A stretch of 64,000 bases of DNA from positions 22,749 through 86,748 of the IMG/VR virus record IMGVR_UViG_3300025030_000071; one strand, given 5' to 3'. A model generated the notes under the pieces. The model was not told the origin of the DNA. It saw only the letters and a list, made by a program, of their open reading frames with translations, and made no database searches. A program made the position numbers and the translations under genes. Source of the DNA: a virus. Below, piece after piece: positions 48,476 to 58,702 of this stretch. Numbering within the stretch: position 1 is the first letter of the stretch; each line of letters opens with the position of its first letter.

Positions 48476-51285
48476 TGAAGATCGATAAAATCCAACCAAT
48501 TGAAGGTTCAAGAATCCTCCAAGAGCAAGCGGAGAGGCTTTCTAAGCGTGTTCTATTGCCTAGCGATGTCGAACTCCTAGGTAGCGAAGTCGCTTCCCGC
48601 AGGAATGCCCTCATAGCCCTTGAAGCTGAGAATGTTGAGCCTATCGCCAAACCCCCAAAAATCCGCCCAGGAGAAATTGCAGAACCAGAGCCACTGGATG
48701 AAGTTTTAAGAAATATAGAAGAGGATTTACAAATCCTCTCAAATATCAGTGAGAACATTTCAGAAACCTTAAGAGCAAGTTACAATATAACCTCAATCAA
48801 AGAAAACAACACGATAGGACTTCTCAAGACTCTACGTGATAGGATTGCTAGCTTAAAGTTGTATGCTGCCGATTCACTTTCAAGTGATGAGCACATTGCT
48901 TACTCTTTTACGGATGGGACTAAGCTTAGAGTTCCTGATTCAGAATTCGTTGCTACTTACATAGAAGAAGAAGGAGCTATTACGCTTCCATTCTCCGCTG
49001 GCAAAATCAAAATCCCTGAGATTATTTCTACAACAATACTGGATATAAGCAATGGCGTTCCTGGCAACAACCACGATAAGACAAGACAACGCCATGCTTC
49101 GATTGACACCATATATGACAGCAACATCCATACCTGGTTTGAATATGAAAAGGTGATGAGGGATTCCGGCGAGAAGCTTACATTAGCTCTACGCTTGGAC
49201 TTTAAAGAACCAACAGTTATAAACCATATTAAAGTTATCCCTGCATTGATTGGTGCGCCCACCTGGCCAAAGATAAAAAATATCCAAGTAGACGTAGGCC
49301 AAAGACTCGTCTCTATTGCCCAGGATGTTACCAATCTCGACTGGGTATCTCTTGATGAAGTCTTTACTTTATCTCCATCAAGTTCTAAATATGCAGGTTA
49401 TGGAGCTTTTACTTTTGAACCCAAATTAGCTAGAGCTATCGTAGTCACTATTGAACAAGATAAATATTATCCAATTAGAAATGAAAGAGGAAATATTCTT
49501 TGGCGCGCAGTAATAGCTTTACGAGAGGTCCAAGCATTACAGATTCCTTTTGACAGTGAAGGAGAATTTAGTCTAGCTCCTGGAACTTTTAACAATCCAG
49601 TTCGAGCAATAGGCATCCTTCATAATGCCAAACCATTTACAGATAAAGACGCAACCATTACTTATTCAATTTCAACTGACGGAGAAGACACCTGGACAGA
49701 AATCAGCCCTTTAGAATCTAAGAACACTCTTATAGATGAAGCTTATATCTTAGAAGTTCCAACAGCAAGAGTGGCGTTAAAAGGTAAGATAAAGAGAAAC
49801 TCAGAAGCCTTTCAAGGCTCAAGAAGTACAGCTGAAGACAAATTAGAAGTAGTAGAGAAAGTCTTTCCCTTAACAACTGAAGCATCTACAAAGTACTTCT
49901 TAGATAATACCCCAGAGACTTTTGTTGAGGCCATTCAGATTGGGCTAGGTGCAGTCGGTTATAGTGCAGAGCCTCTATTCTTAGGACAAGCCACTGGATC
50001 TTTGGGCAATTCACAAACATTCAAATTACCTTTCTCAATAGAGCCTTTTAACAACAACCTATTAGTTGACAACGAGATCTGGATCTGGGCTGAAACATTC
50101 ACTAGCAATACCCATAAGGCTTACCTTTATGACGATACCACAAACCCACCTCAAATCATTCTAGGAGATGGAAAGCCAATTGGCCAAGGACTGAGCGGAC
50201 GCTTACCCGCATCAGGTACTTCTATTTACCTAATGTTTCATCCAGATAAATTGCCAATTGTATCTGGAACTGGTCCTTACAAAATAGAACTTAGTCATCA
50301 ATCAGACAAGATCAAAGGTTCAACTGAAATCTTCTTCATTGAAGAACGCCAGATTGCCGAAAAGAGAGCAGGTCCTGGAATAGCTAAAATAGAAATTCCT
50401 GACGAGCATAGAGAGACAACTTTTATTTCTCTTAGCTCATCAGAACGTACTTACTCAAATGAATTGCATCCAGTAGGAAACCAGATATTATTTTTAAATG
50501 GCTCCAAAGAATTTACTGAATTGGATTTAGAAGATGATGAATATGTTTATTCAGCAGACTCTGACACTGGCTTCCTCTACCTTCATCCAGCTAACACGGA
50601 GTCTTCTCCTGACATCGTCTATAGATATTCTTATGCACCATACAAGAAATTGACAGAAGATTGCTGGAGATACTCAGATGTGGAAAACGCAATCTATGTT
50701 GATTCGCCTTTGGCCACCCCAACAATAAAAACTTATGATATTGAAGAAGTATTAGCGGGAAGGGTATTAAACCTTCTCTATGTGCCAAGGGTTATAAAAG
50801 GATCCTTAAAAGCGGTGGATAACATAGGCGATCTTGCTTTAGCATTAGAAGTAGAAATTGCTTTCATAGATGGGGCTCAAGAATTCCAGAATCTTGGTTT
50901 GGAAGATCTAACAGGGTTCTTTAGTTTTGATTACAAGGAGAACCAACTTTATTTGCCAGAAGGGGGAACATTCCCAATAGGGACCTTGCAATATTCTGTT
51001 GTAAAATTAGAACTGCATTATGGTCGTGGCATCCAATTAAAGAAAGGCTTGGACTTTACAGCCGCCCAAAACACCATTGAAATCACTCCATACTTTATGA
51101 ACCAATATGCTGAAAGGCTAAGAAGCAGACCTGCTTACAATCGCCTGTTGGCTAGATACGATGCTAAGGTTGGGGCAAGTGTCGATGGTTCTTTGTTGGA
51201 ACAGTTCTATAGTCCTGTAATTAGAGACATTGATATTATCGGGATTACGATTGACCCAAGACTAGGAACATTAGAAAGTCTATGA
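48475..51285 (+). CDS. Virion structural protein, paralog B
   Basis: 'TIYDSNIHTWFEYE...L.LDF.EP.VINHI.V.P...F.FEP..A'. Confidence 0.6.
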   Translation: MKIDKIQPIEGSRILQEQAERLSKRVLLPSDVELLGSEVASRRNALIALEAENVEPIAKPPKIRPGEIAEPEPLDEVLRNIEEDLQILSNISENISETLRASYNITSIKENNTIGLLKTLRDRIASLKLYAADSLSSDEHIAYSFTDGTKLRVPDSEFVATYIEEEGAITLPFSAGKIKIPEIISTTILDISNGVPGNNHDKTRQRHASIDTIYDSNIHTWFEYEKVMRDSGEKLTLALRLDFKEPTVINHIKVIPALIGAPTWPKIKNIQVDVGQRLVSIAQDVTNLDWVSLDEVFTLSPSSSKYAGYGAFTFEPKLARAIVVTIEQDKYYPIRNERGNILWRAVIALREVQALQIPFDSEGEFSLAPGTFNNPVRAIGILHNAKPFTDKDATITYSISTDGEDTWTEISPLESKNTLIDEAYILEVPTARVALKGKIKRNSEAFQGSRSTAEDKLEVVEKVFPLTTEASTKYFLDNTPETFVEAIQIGLGAVGYSAEPLFLGQATGSLGNSQTFKLPFSIEPFNNNLLVDNEIWIWAETFTSNTHKAYLYDDTTNPPQIILGDGKPIGQGLSGRLPASGTSIYLMFHPDKLPIVSGTGPYKIELSHQSDKIKGSTEIFFIEERQIAEKRAGPGIAKIEIPDEHRETTFISLSSSERTYSNELHPVGNQILFLNGSKEFTELDLEDDEYVYSADSDTGFLYLHPANTESSPDIVYRYSYAPYKKLTEDCWRYSDVENAIYVDSPLATPTIKTYDIEEVLAGRVLNLLYVPRVIKGSLKAVDNIGDLALALEVEIAFIDGAQEFQNLGLEDLTGFFSFDYKENQLYLPEGGTFPIGTLQYSVVKLELHYGRGIQLKKGLDFTAAQNTIEITPYFMNQYAERLRSRPAYNRLLARYDAKVGASVDGSLLEQFYSPVIRDIDIIGITIDPRLGTLESL

Positions 51286-53423
51286 ACATCTCACAAGCAA
51301 GATTAGAAGAAGTAACTAAAGATATTCTTTTAGAATCTCTGCATAAAGGCTTAGTCCCAACCGCTGACTATTTACAGAAGTCTCTCCGGACTAAGCTGGA
51401 GGACAAAGACATAACCTTACCATTTCATGTTCAGCCTTCAGTCCCTCAGTTTAACTATCTAGAAAACTCTAGCGCCAGCAAAACAAATCAGATCTTTGAT
51501 ACAATGATATCAGATCTGAATATGCTTTATGATCTTTATACGGCAATTGAAAAGAGTGCTATTGAAGTTTCAGATAGAGTGCAGCTGAAGCTATTGAACA
51601 TTGAGAAGAGAATTGCTCAGCTTCTATCCAGAATTAATAGGCTACTTCTTGTCACAAACAGGACTGAAGGCTTCTTGGATTATGTCGGAGACAGCTTTAT
51701 CGACAAGAGCAAGGTAGATCAAACAAGGACTACTGCTATTATCGACCTGACAGGCCAAGCAGCTTACGGCGGGTATTTAACTGACCGTGTTCCAGTTACT
51801 GAGACTACAGACTTATCTGCTATCCAAAATACAAACATCCAGGTCACTCCATTAGATCCAAGACTTTCTCGTTCACCTGGCACTACTAACAGCCAGCTTA
51901 CTGATATGCTTTCAGATTCCAACACTCCTTGGATATATACTGTGAGTTCTGAACAGCCTATTCCTGCTAGCATTGAAATTCAGATTAATTTTGCCCCTGT
52001 TATAGAACAGTATGCTGCTCCAGTCGAGGCGACAAAGATAATCCTTAACCCATATATCACCAACAACTCTTTCTTAGTACTGGTTCAATACTCTGAGGAC
52101 GGTATTATATGGAACGATCTTCCTGTTGCATCACCAGCTAGAAGGATTGAAGGCCCAACTCTTTTCTTATTTGAACCACTGAATATGACCAACCTAAGAT
52201 TGATCATGACCAGCGACACTCACAGCAGACTCGGACTAGGTACCCACAAATTCATTTATGAGTTTGGCATTAGAGAGTTAGTTGTTCATGGAACCCTAGC
52301 TCGTTATGCTGAAGAAACTGAACTAGTTTCTTCTCAGCTTACTCTTCTAGATGAAGATGGTGAACGTCAGCAATTTACCCAAGTAGCCTTATCAGCAGTT
52401 TGTGAGGATGTCCCTGGAGATACACAAATCGAATACCAGATAGCATTCTTAGTTCCTGATGGAGGCAACTTAGTTGAGGGCGAATTCCAAAAGATAGTTC
52501 CATTAACAAGAGGAGATATTGATGGCGCTTCAACTCTAGTCGTTGACTCTCTCTCCACTTCTCTAAGTTCTCAGAATATAGATATAACCCCTCCTGTCTT
52601 TGCGGCGAGCACGAACAAAGCTAATAAGCTTTTGGATACAGACGTAACCTCAGTATCTAAAGTTTGGAGAAATGTTGGGGATAAAACTCGGTACTATCTA
52701 ACAAGGCAGAACGACCAACTTGCCACAGAAGACGGTTGGTTCTTTACCGGAACTCATTACCAAACATATGTTTATGTTTCTGACCAAGGTGGGAAGATTT
52801 TTGACTTTGGTGAACGCCCATTAGATATTGACGGCCTTAGGGTTTCTGGAAAAGTTCGCTTGAGTAAAGGAAACCATTTCGTCAGCACCCCAGCTACTAA
52901 CTGGACATCCCTAAAAGGCCTTTATGGAGTAGTTTCTTTTAATGAAGCCACCAAACGGTTCACAGGAAACCAAAGGGCATTTGGGGCAAGTGGCTTAGAA
53001 GATGATGAAGTTTTGGATAATAGTTATAGTGTTATTGATCACTTGTACCCTTATAACCATAAATTGATCATAGAAGGTCTTGACTACTCAGAGATATTTA
53101 ACCAGGACATCTTAAAACCAAAATATACTGGGGTAGCTAGATATGCTTCTAAATTACTAGAGAAAGTTTCTCCTACTGATCTTGAATCAAATACCACCAA
53201 TGATGATTACTCCAGATTCTCAGTAGTAAATACTGCTTCAGAAACTCAAAGAGTAATGGTGAAATGGCAGCAATACCAAGATGAATTACCAAGGGAAGAC
53301 TTTCTGGTCGAGACCAAATCAGCAGACTTTGCAGAAGGAGTTGTTCTAAAGGCAATCTTCAGAACAACAAACCCACTAAGAACAGCCGCTCTAGAGGGCT
53401 ATGAAATTAAGTTGGCACAATAA
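51282..53423 (+). CDS. Virion structural protein, paralog C
   Basis: 'DMLSDSNTPW...I.LNP...VQYSEDG..W...FLFEP...YEFGI'. Confidence 0.6.
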   Translation: MNISQARLEEVTKDILLESLHKGLVPTADYLQKSLRTKLEDKDITLPFHVQPSVPQFNYLENSSASKTNQIFDTMISDLNMLYDLYTAIEKSAIEVSDRVQLKLLNIEKRIAQLLSRINRLLLVTNRTEGFLDYVGDSFIDKSKVDQTRTTAIIDLTGQAAYGGYLTDRVPVTETTDLSAIQNTNIQVTPLDPRLSRSPGTTNSQLTDMLSDSNTPWIYTVSSEQPIPASIEIQINFAPVIEQYAAPVEATKIILNPYITNNSFLVLVQYSEDGIIWNDLPVASPARRIEGPTLFLFEPLNMTNLRLIMTSDTHSRLGLGTHKFIYEFGIRELVVHGTLARYAEETELVSSQLTLLDEDGERQQFTQVALSAVCEDVPGDTQIEYQIAFLVPDGGNLVEGEFQKIVPLTRGDIDGASTLVVDSLSTSLSSQNIDITPPVFAASTNKANKLLDTDVTSVSKVWRNVGDKTRYYLTRQNDQLATEDGWFFTGTHYQTYVYVSDQGGKIFDFGERPLDIDGLRVSGKVRLSKGNHFVSTPATNWTSLKGLYGVVSFNEATKRFTGNQRAFGASGLEDDEVLDNSYSVIDHLYPYNHKLIIEGLDYSEIFNQDILKPKYTGVARYASKLLEKVSPTDLESNTTNDDYSRFSVVNTASETQRVMVKWQQYQDELPREDFLVETKSADFAEGVVLKAIFRTTNPLRTAALEGYEIKLAQ

Positions 53424-55246
53424 TGTTTAAAAGATTATCACAGAGATCGATTGTTCGCCCAAGATTAAATGATATGTCCCAGGTCACAGATAGCTTTAGA
53501 GAAGTCATCTCTGACCTTACGGATATGAGCTTACAGTGGAATGAAAACATCTATCCACTTCTAAGTTCTTTGCCGGGCGGCAGAACAAAACAAACTGTTG
53601 CAAGTAGAACTTCTGCAATTGACCCAATCGAAAATGGGCTTGATGGTTCTCAGCTGTATATGGATATGGCCGCTACGCCTCAGGTCTACAATGGATTGCT
53701 TCATAACGGCACCCGCCCAAAAACAATCAAAGAAGTCCTTTTGGATAGTTACCAAAAAGTTCTAGCAAAAGTAGATAGGCAACAGGACATCTTAGATGAC
53801 CTTGATCTTGGAGCTACTGCATATGACGATTCTGAATTACGCAACTGGATATTACAATTAGCCGGAGATACAGTATCAGGCATTGCTCAAGGTGCTACTT
53901 ACAATGCTAACAACTTTGATAACGCCCCGGCGAAACAAGCAGAATATTCTTTACACCAACGAGATGTAGGAGTTAGGACTCTTATCGGTGTAGAAGCAGA
54001 AAGCTATGGCTACATAAACCTTTCACCCCTCTTTGTCGGAAGCAATTATCTAATTGCTGAAACTGACGTTGTAGAAGCTTTACTAGCTTTAGATGCAGCA
54101 GTATTTGCAGGGGGAGGGCTTACTACTCTCAATATTGCTTATGAAAATGGCTCATTGATAAGTGTTGATGAAGGCGACCCAGTTACTCTTACTTGTTTAG
54201 ATGGAGATATTAACGCTCTAAACATTTATGGGACCATAGCTTGTCAAGCAGAAACTCCATCCGGAGAATTACCGGTAGTTCTTGACGCCCTGTTCTTGGA
54301 AACAGCCTGGTCAGGCACAGTTGATGTTGATGACATAATAAGTCTTGAACTTTCAGGCCGCAATCTAACTCCAGCTAACAAATTCATGTATTTTGAAAAG
54401 AAAACTGGGAATATAACCACTCCAGCAGAAGCAGCAATCTATATCGGCAAGAAAACAGCAGACACAGTTGAACAATTAGGTCAGATTTATATTGGAAGAC
54501 AAACCGTAGCCAATGGTGGCGTTCCTCATCTTGCAATTGAATCCTATAAAGATGGTGCATCTTTCGCTTCAAAGATTGAAGCAGTTACCCCATTAGAAAT
54601 TACTTCAGCAGATGATATCCTTATCACTGCCGGCACAACAACCTATTTAGACTCTCCACTTGTCCCTCTTACCATAACTGTTAACTCAGTTGAATTAGGC
54701 AGAGCAGTTGGATTAACCGGCAAGTACTCTGATGCAGGGTTCCAGGGCTCAGTTGGGAGTGTTGATGGATTAAACTTTGAAACTGGAAGTCTAGAACTAA
54801 CCGGCTATGCGCCAACACGCAGTACAGCAGGGATCTTTGGAGGTGGAGAACCCGAAATCACTGCTCTCTATCGTGACAATATTATCAAGTGCAAAGGTAA
54901 GTTGGTTTTGGATCCAGTTTTCGTTGGAGACCCCGTAACAATTACCACACCTATGGCTTATGATATGTACAATGTAGGATTAGATGGGGCCGGGAAAGCT
55001 ATATCACAAATAGATATAAATGCAGGTACAGTCAAGATAGGATTCCTAACCTCTTTGCCAAATGATGATTATACCATCACCTGTGGAAGTGGCAACTGCA
55101 CAAAATTAATTCATTTTGCTGTTACTAGCCAATCAGTTGATTATTTTATCGTCAAACCATACTTCTGGAATACGATAACCTCTGCCTGGGATGTTATGAC
55201 AGCTTCTTCCGGCTTGCCATTCGACTTCCACTTCACAGTAGTTTAA
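53423..55246 (+). CDS. Tail fibre / receptor-binding-like protein
   Basis: 607 aa; helical N-term, 'D...AL.ALD', beta-rich C-term 'GTV.IGF.T.LPN.DY.I' typical of fibre tips. Confidence 0.55.
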   Translation: MFKRLSQRSIVRPRLNDMSQVTDSFREVISDLTDMSLQWNENIYPLLSSLPGGRTKQTVASRTSAIDPIENGLDGSQLYMDMAATPQVYNGLLHNGTRPKTIKEVLLDSYQKVLAKVDRQQDILDDLDLGATAYDDSELRNWILQLAGDTVSGIAQGATYNANNFDNAPAKQAEYSLHQRDVGVRTLIGVEAESYGYINLSPLFVGSNYLIAETDVVEALLALDAAVFAGGGLTTLNIAYENGSLISVDEGDPVTLTCLDGDINALNIYGTIACQAETPSGELPVVLDALFLETAWSGTVDVDDIISLELSGRNLTPANKFMYFEKKTGNITTPAEAAIYIGKKTADTVEQLGQIYIGRQTVANGGVPHLAIESYKDGASFASKIEAVTPLEITSADDILITAGTTTYLDSPLVPLTITVNSVELGRAVGLTGKYSDAGFQGSVGSVDGLNFETGSLELTGYAPTRSTAGIFGGGEPEITALYRDNIIKCKGKLVLDPVFVGDPVTITTPMAYDMYNVGLDGAGKAISQIDINAGTVKIGFLTSLPNDDYTITCGSGNCTKLIHFAVTSQSVDYFIVKPYFWNTITSAWDVMTASSGLPFDFHFTVV

Positions 55247-55259
55247 AGGACAAATCAAG

Positions 55260-55670
55260 ATGAGTAACATAATCGTATTAGGCAAATCGCCAAAACCAAC
55301 TGCCAAATTTAGTAGACCAGCTCCTAGGGCTTCACAGGTTTCTTTTGAACCTACTTCTATTCAGCCAACCCCAAAGCTAGAAATACCTTCGGCCGAACCA
55401 GCTAAAAAAGAAGAACCAGTTCATATCCCAGAACCAATTCTAGAACCAGCACCAGAAGAACCAGAGATCCATCCTCAGGATGAAAAAGACCTGATTACTT
55501 TTCATCTTGATAATTTACAATCTTCTGATTTTAAAAGAGAGCTTCAAGAAGAGGATCAACCAGAACTTGGCTCAGAAGAAGAACTTTCTTCTGAAAACAA
55601 TCAGGATATTCCTTTAGCTGATTCAATTAGGCCAAGAAAACGTAGACGAAATCCACTCCCTATTGAGTAA
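55260..55670 (+). CDS. Pro/Glu-rich disordered protein
   Basis: 136 aa low-complexity, basic termini. Confidence 0.65.
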   Translation: MSNIIVLGKSPKPTAKFSRPAPRASQVSFEPTSIQPTPKLEIPSAEPAKKEEPVHIPEPILEPAPEEPEIHPQDEKDLITFHLDNLQSSDFKRELQEEDQPELGSEEELSSENNQDIPLADSIRPRKRRRNPLPIE

Positions 55671-55675
55671 ACAAT

Positions 55676-55960
55676 ATGTCATGGCAAAAATTTTTAATTG
55701 ATAATGGTTTTAAGAGTAGAAAATTTCTTATAGTACTCTTATCAATAATTATCATTTCTATTCTAGGCGTAACTTGGGCTTGGGTCATTTGGCCAACTTC
55801 ACTATTTGATATTATTACGAGTTCAATAGTAACGTTAGCTCTAGGTTTCTGCGGCATAAACGCTACAAGAGCAGCTTTACCAATAAGTGCTTCCATGTTT
55901 GCAAAGATTCTAAAACCAAAACAAGAAACAACAGGAAATACCGAAGACTTACAACCATAA
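55676..55960 (+). CDS. Holin-like two-TM membrane protein
   Basis: 'KSRKFLI' followed by two hydrophobic helices; end of the late operon. Confidence 0.55.
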   Translation: MSWQKFLIDNGFKSRKFLIVLLSIIIISILGVTWAWVIWPTSLFDIITSSIVTLALGFCGINATRAALPISASMFAKILKPKQETTGNTEDLQP

Positions 55961-55975
55961 GGAGGAAGTACTTAT

Positions 55976-56191
55976 ATGGCAGCCACACTAACAGAACTAG
56001 AATCTGCTCTAAATTCATTAACAACAAGAATTGAACAGATAGAAAGACTAATCGCCAATCTCGTTTCTACACGACAACTAAATCAAATTTCATTAATAGT
56101 AGAATCAGATATTGGGGATTTACAAACAGACGTTGCTACTCTCAAGAGTCAAGTAACAACTTTAGAAGGGATTGTCGCTAACCTTAGCTAG
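55976..56191 (+). CDS. Small coiled-coil protein
   Basis: AAGGAGG SD; heptad repeats throughout. Confidence 0.7.
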   Translation: MAATLTELESALNSLTTRIEQIERLIANLVSTRQLNQISLIVESDIGDLQTDVATLKSQVTTLEGIVANLS

Positions 56192-56819
56192 CTCTGAGGT
56201 CTTCTGAACTAGCAACACCAGCCCACTTAATATTATAGGTCTCACCTGGAAGGAACCCTCGCCAGTGCTGCACTGGAGGAGTACTACAAATATACTTAAC
56301 AAATTTTATATTTGGATAACCTTCAATCGAATCATAGAACCTAGCTACACAGCGAAGGTTCTCAAAGACCTTGCCTACCGACTTGCCAGTCTTTTCGTCC
56401 TTCCCAGTAATAAGGGCTATTGTCTTTCCATGTAGGGAATCCATCTGTCTATAAGGCTCTTCACCTTGTTTGTAGAAGAGTTCAACCTTATAATGTTTAC
56501 CACCTTCTTTAGTGGTCTTGATAGCAAATGGTTCTAGTATATCAGCGACCCATTTCTTCCCTTCTGCGAATTTGACTCGGATCTCAGACCCGTCGCCAAT
56601 TTCATAAAAATTAACTCCAAGATCAAAATCTTTTCGAAATACAACCTGTTCCTCTTCATCCTCGGCAACCGAGGCTTCCACAGGACCAGATTCAAACCCC
56701 TCACCAAAAGCCCCAGGATCCATTTTAAGCTCCGAGGAATCTTTTTCTATAGGGTCACCTAGGGTCCCTTTTTCTGAGGGCTTAAAAACGATCGCTTTTT
56801 CTTTCTTCTTATTAGCCAT
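56184..56819 (-). CDS. Hypothetical protein
   Basis: 211 aa, AGGAG SD within upstream gene; last gene of minus-strand block. Confidence 0.75.
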   Translation of the reverse strand: MANKKKEKAIVFKPSEKGTLGDPIEKDSSELKMDPGAFGEGFESGPVEASVAEDEEEQVVFRKDFDLGVNFYEIGDGSEIRVKFAEGKKWVADILEPFAIKTTKEGGKHYKVELFYKQGEEPYRQMDSLHGKTIALITGKDEKTGKSVGKVFENLRCVARFYDSIEGYPNIKFVKYICSTPPVQHWRGFLPGETYNIKWAGVASSEDLRAS

Positions 56820-57798
56820 TCAAAGCTCCTTCACGAATACCAACCAAATCAGCTTCAGGATTTGGTTTGCCATTCCTCAAATAACAAAAACTTCTATATT
56901 CACAATAAGACTGACACAAGAAATGGCCAGGAGTATCTTTAAGACTTGCTAACGGCTTACCTGCTTTTACCCAATCTTCATAGGCAGTTTTGCCTATTTC
57001 TTCTTCATCACGCAAAGCCTCAATCTCTTCTTCAGAATAAAATCTCTTATAAGTTCTTTCGGGAATAATCCCTTCATTAATATATCTCATTTCTTCTTCA
57101 GTTGAAGCATAAATATCTTCTACAGAAAAACGTTTTTCAATATATGGAAGGAAATCTTCAGTCTCTAACTTGGCATAATGCTTACCATCAATTTCTACAA
57201 GAGTAACTGTATATTCCCTATACATGCCTGTTTGATCACGAGGAATATAAATCAACTGGAACCAATCAAGAACAAAGTCAGTTCCTTTTCCTTCAGAACA
57301 CTCCCAAAGGTAAATCATAGTCTGCATCAAAGCACTATCTTTTGGTTTCGGTTGAAATGCAGGCTGTCCTTTCCAGGGTCTAGCTCTACCTTTAATATGC
57401 TTTAAAGCACCCTGACCCCAACAACTTTTTGCTTCGGTGCCGTAGTACCTAGTGCTGCTATCGTCTGCTCTATAACGCCCAACAATGTCTAATTTACCCG
57501 AAAGATTAAAATCTTTTACATAGACCCGAACATCTTCGTGTTCATAGATACCTGCTCGCTTCATACCCTCGATAATAGCTTTCTCAACAGCATTGCCTAA
57601 AATGTGTGACAATTTAATATATAGATTGCTTGGGTCAGAATCAGGCACATCATGTATCCGATACCAATCCGCCCTCCAACAACCACCTATCTGTCTGCCA
57701 TTAGCCAGCTTAACTGAAGCCGAACTAGGATATAAAGTAGGATTTCTTCTTTCAGTAGGATGCCTTTTTCTAGTTAATTCCCTTTCAACAATAGGCAT
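56812..57798 (-). CDS. Cas4-like PD-(D/E)XK exonuclease with 4-Cys Fe-S cluster
   Basis: 'PSS...C.R..WY', 'GKLD...EAKS', 'QTMIY', C-term 'CQSYCEYRSFC'; ATG 57798 preferred as start. Confidence 0.75.
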   Translation of the reverse strand: MPIVERELTRKRHPTERRNPTLYPSSASVKLANGRQIGGCWRADWYRIHDVPDSDPSNLYIKLSHILGNAVEKAIIEGMKRAGIYEHEDVRVYVKDFNLSGKLDIVGRYRADDSSTRYYGTEAKSCWGQGALKHIKGRARPWKGQPAFQPKPKDSALMQTMIYLWECSEGKGTDFVLDWFQLIYIPRDQTGMYREYTVTLVEIDGKHYAKLETEDFLPYIEKRFSVEDIYASTEEEMRYINEGIIPERTYKRFYSEEEIEALRDEEEIGKTAYEDWVKAGKPLASLKDTPGHFLCQSYCEYRSFCYLRNGKPNPEADLVGIREGALNG

Positions 57799-57802
57799 TA
57801 AA

Positions 57803-58702
57803 TTAAAAACCAATTCTTTTCTCCGTTTTTATTACATCAGTAATATGCGACTCAAGTCCTATTGAAAAATCATTAAATGAAATCAAAGAAACATCTGCTA
57901 GACTTAAGTCTTTATTGTCATTAGCTAATGCAAAATGCTCTCTAGCTTTATTCAACAATAAATTTTCCACTATGTCCCTGACTGAAGCACCAGTCAAAGA
58001 CTTCACTTTGCTTATAGAAATATCATAAGGACTAAAATCAAAAAGCTTTCTACTTACTCGGTTCTCAGCTAATCTCATGTGCTTATCCATTACTATCAAA
58101 ACATCTTCAGGTAACAAAGGAAGAAACTTAATTTCTTTAAACCTGCCAGGCCTTTTCAAAGCCTTATCAACAGTTTCCCAGACATTTGAAGTAGCAATGA
58201 TAGTAAAGTTTTCACAATCTTCTAAACCACCATCAATCCATTTAATAAAAAAGTTAGTCTTTTTCTTATCACCACTATGGGCATTGGCTTCTGTTCTATC
58301 TTGAAAAAGCATATCAGCTTCATCAATCAAGATAAGTACATGCCCATGTTCTTTAGATACCTTAGCAGCTAAAGCTTTAAATTCCCTTAGTTTTGAAATT
58401 GCATCATCATACAAATGAGAAGCTAAATCTTCATAACTAAGTTCCATTAACGGGCATTGTATCTCGTTAGCTAAAGCCCTAACACTGGCCGTCTTACCCG
58501 TTCCGGGTGGCCCAGTTAAAGCAATAGCATTAGGTTTCTTTACTGCCCAAGATTCAAAAATACCTGGGAAAGAAACTTGATTAACTAAGTCTCTTAAAGC
58601 TTCTATGGCCTCTTTTTGACCGACAATAAAATCCAATCTTATGTCAGGCTCAACGACCACTAAGCTATCACTAAAATCTATTTCAGTCTCTTTCCTTTCC
58701 AC
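57803..58702 (-). CDS. AAA+ ATPase (classic AAA clade)
   Basis: Walker A GPPGTGKT, Walker B ILIDEAD, SRH 'IATSN..ETVD.ALKRPGRF'. Confidence 0.9.
   Translation of the reverse strand: MERKETEIDFSDSLVVVEPDIRLDFIVGQKEAIEALRDLVNQVSFPGIFESWAVKKPNAIALTGPPGTGKTASVRALANEIQCPLMELSYEDLASHLYDDAISKLREFKALAAKVSKEHGHVLILIDEADMLFQDRTEANAHSGDKKKTNFFIKWIDGGLEDCENFTIIATSNVWETVDKALKRPGRFKEIKFLPLLPEDVLIVMDKHMRLAENRVSRKLFDFSPYDISISKVKSLTGASVRDIVENLLLNKAREHFALANDNKDLSLADVSLISFNDFSIGLESHITDVIKTEKRIGF

Noticed and set aside
41584-55246. Diversity-generating retroelement or invertible fibre cassette
   Set aside because: No reverse transcriptase, recombinase or duplicated template/variable repeat was noticed in the window.
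21-55896. Many minus-strand ORFs of 60-165 aa opposite the structural genes
   Set aside because: Antisense shadows of Ala/Gly/Thr-rich coding frames; nearly all overlap well-supported + strand genes and lack SDs or motifs.
56812-57798. CRISPR-Cas locus suggested by the Cas4-like gene
   Set aside because: No repeat-spacer array or other cas genes seen; solo Cas4-like exonucleases are common in phages.
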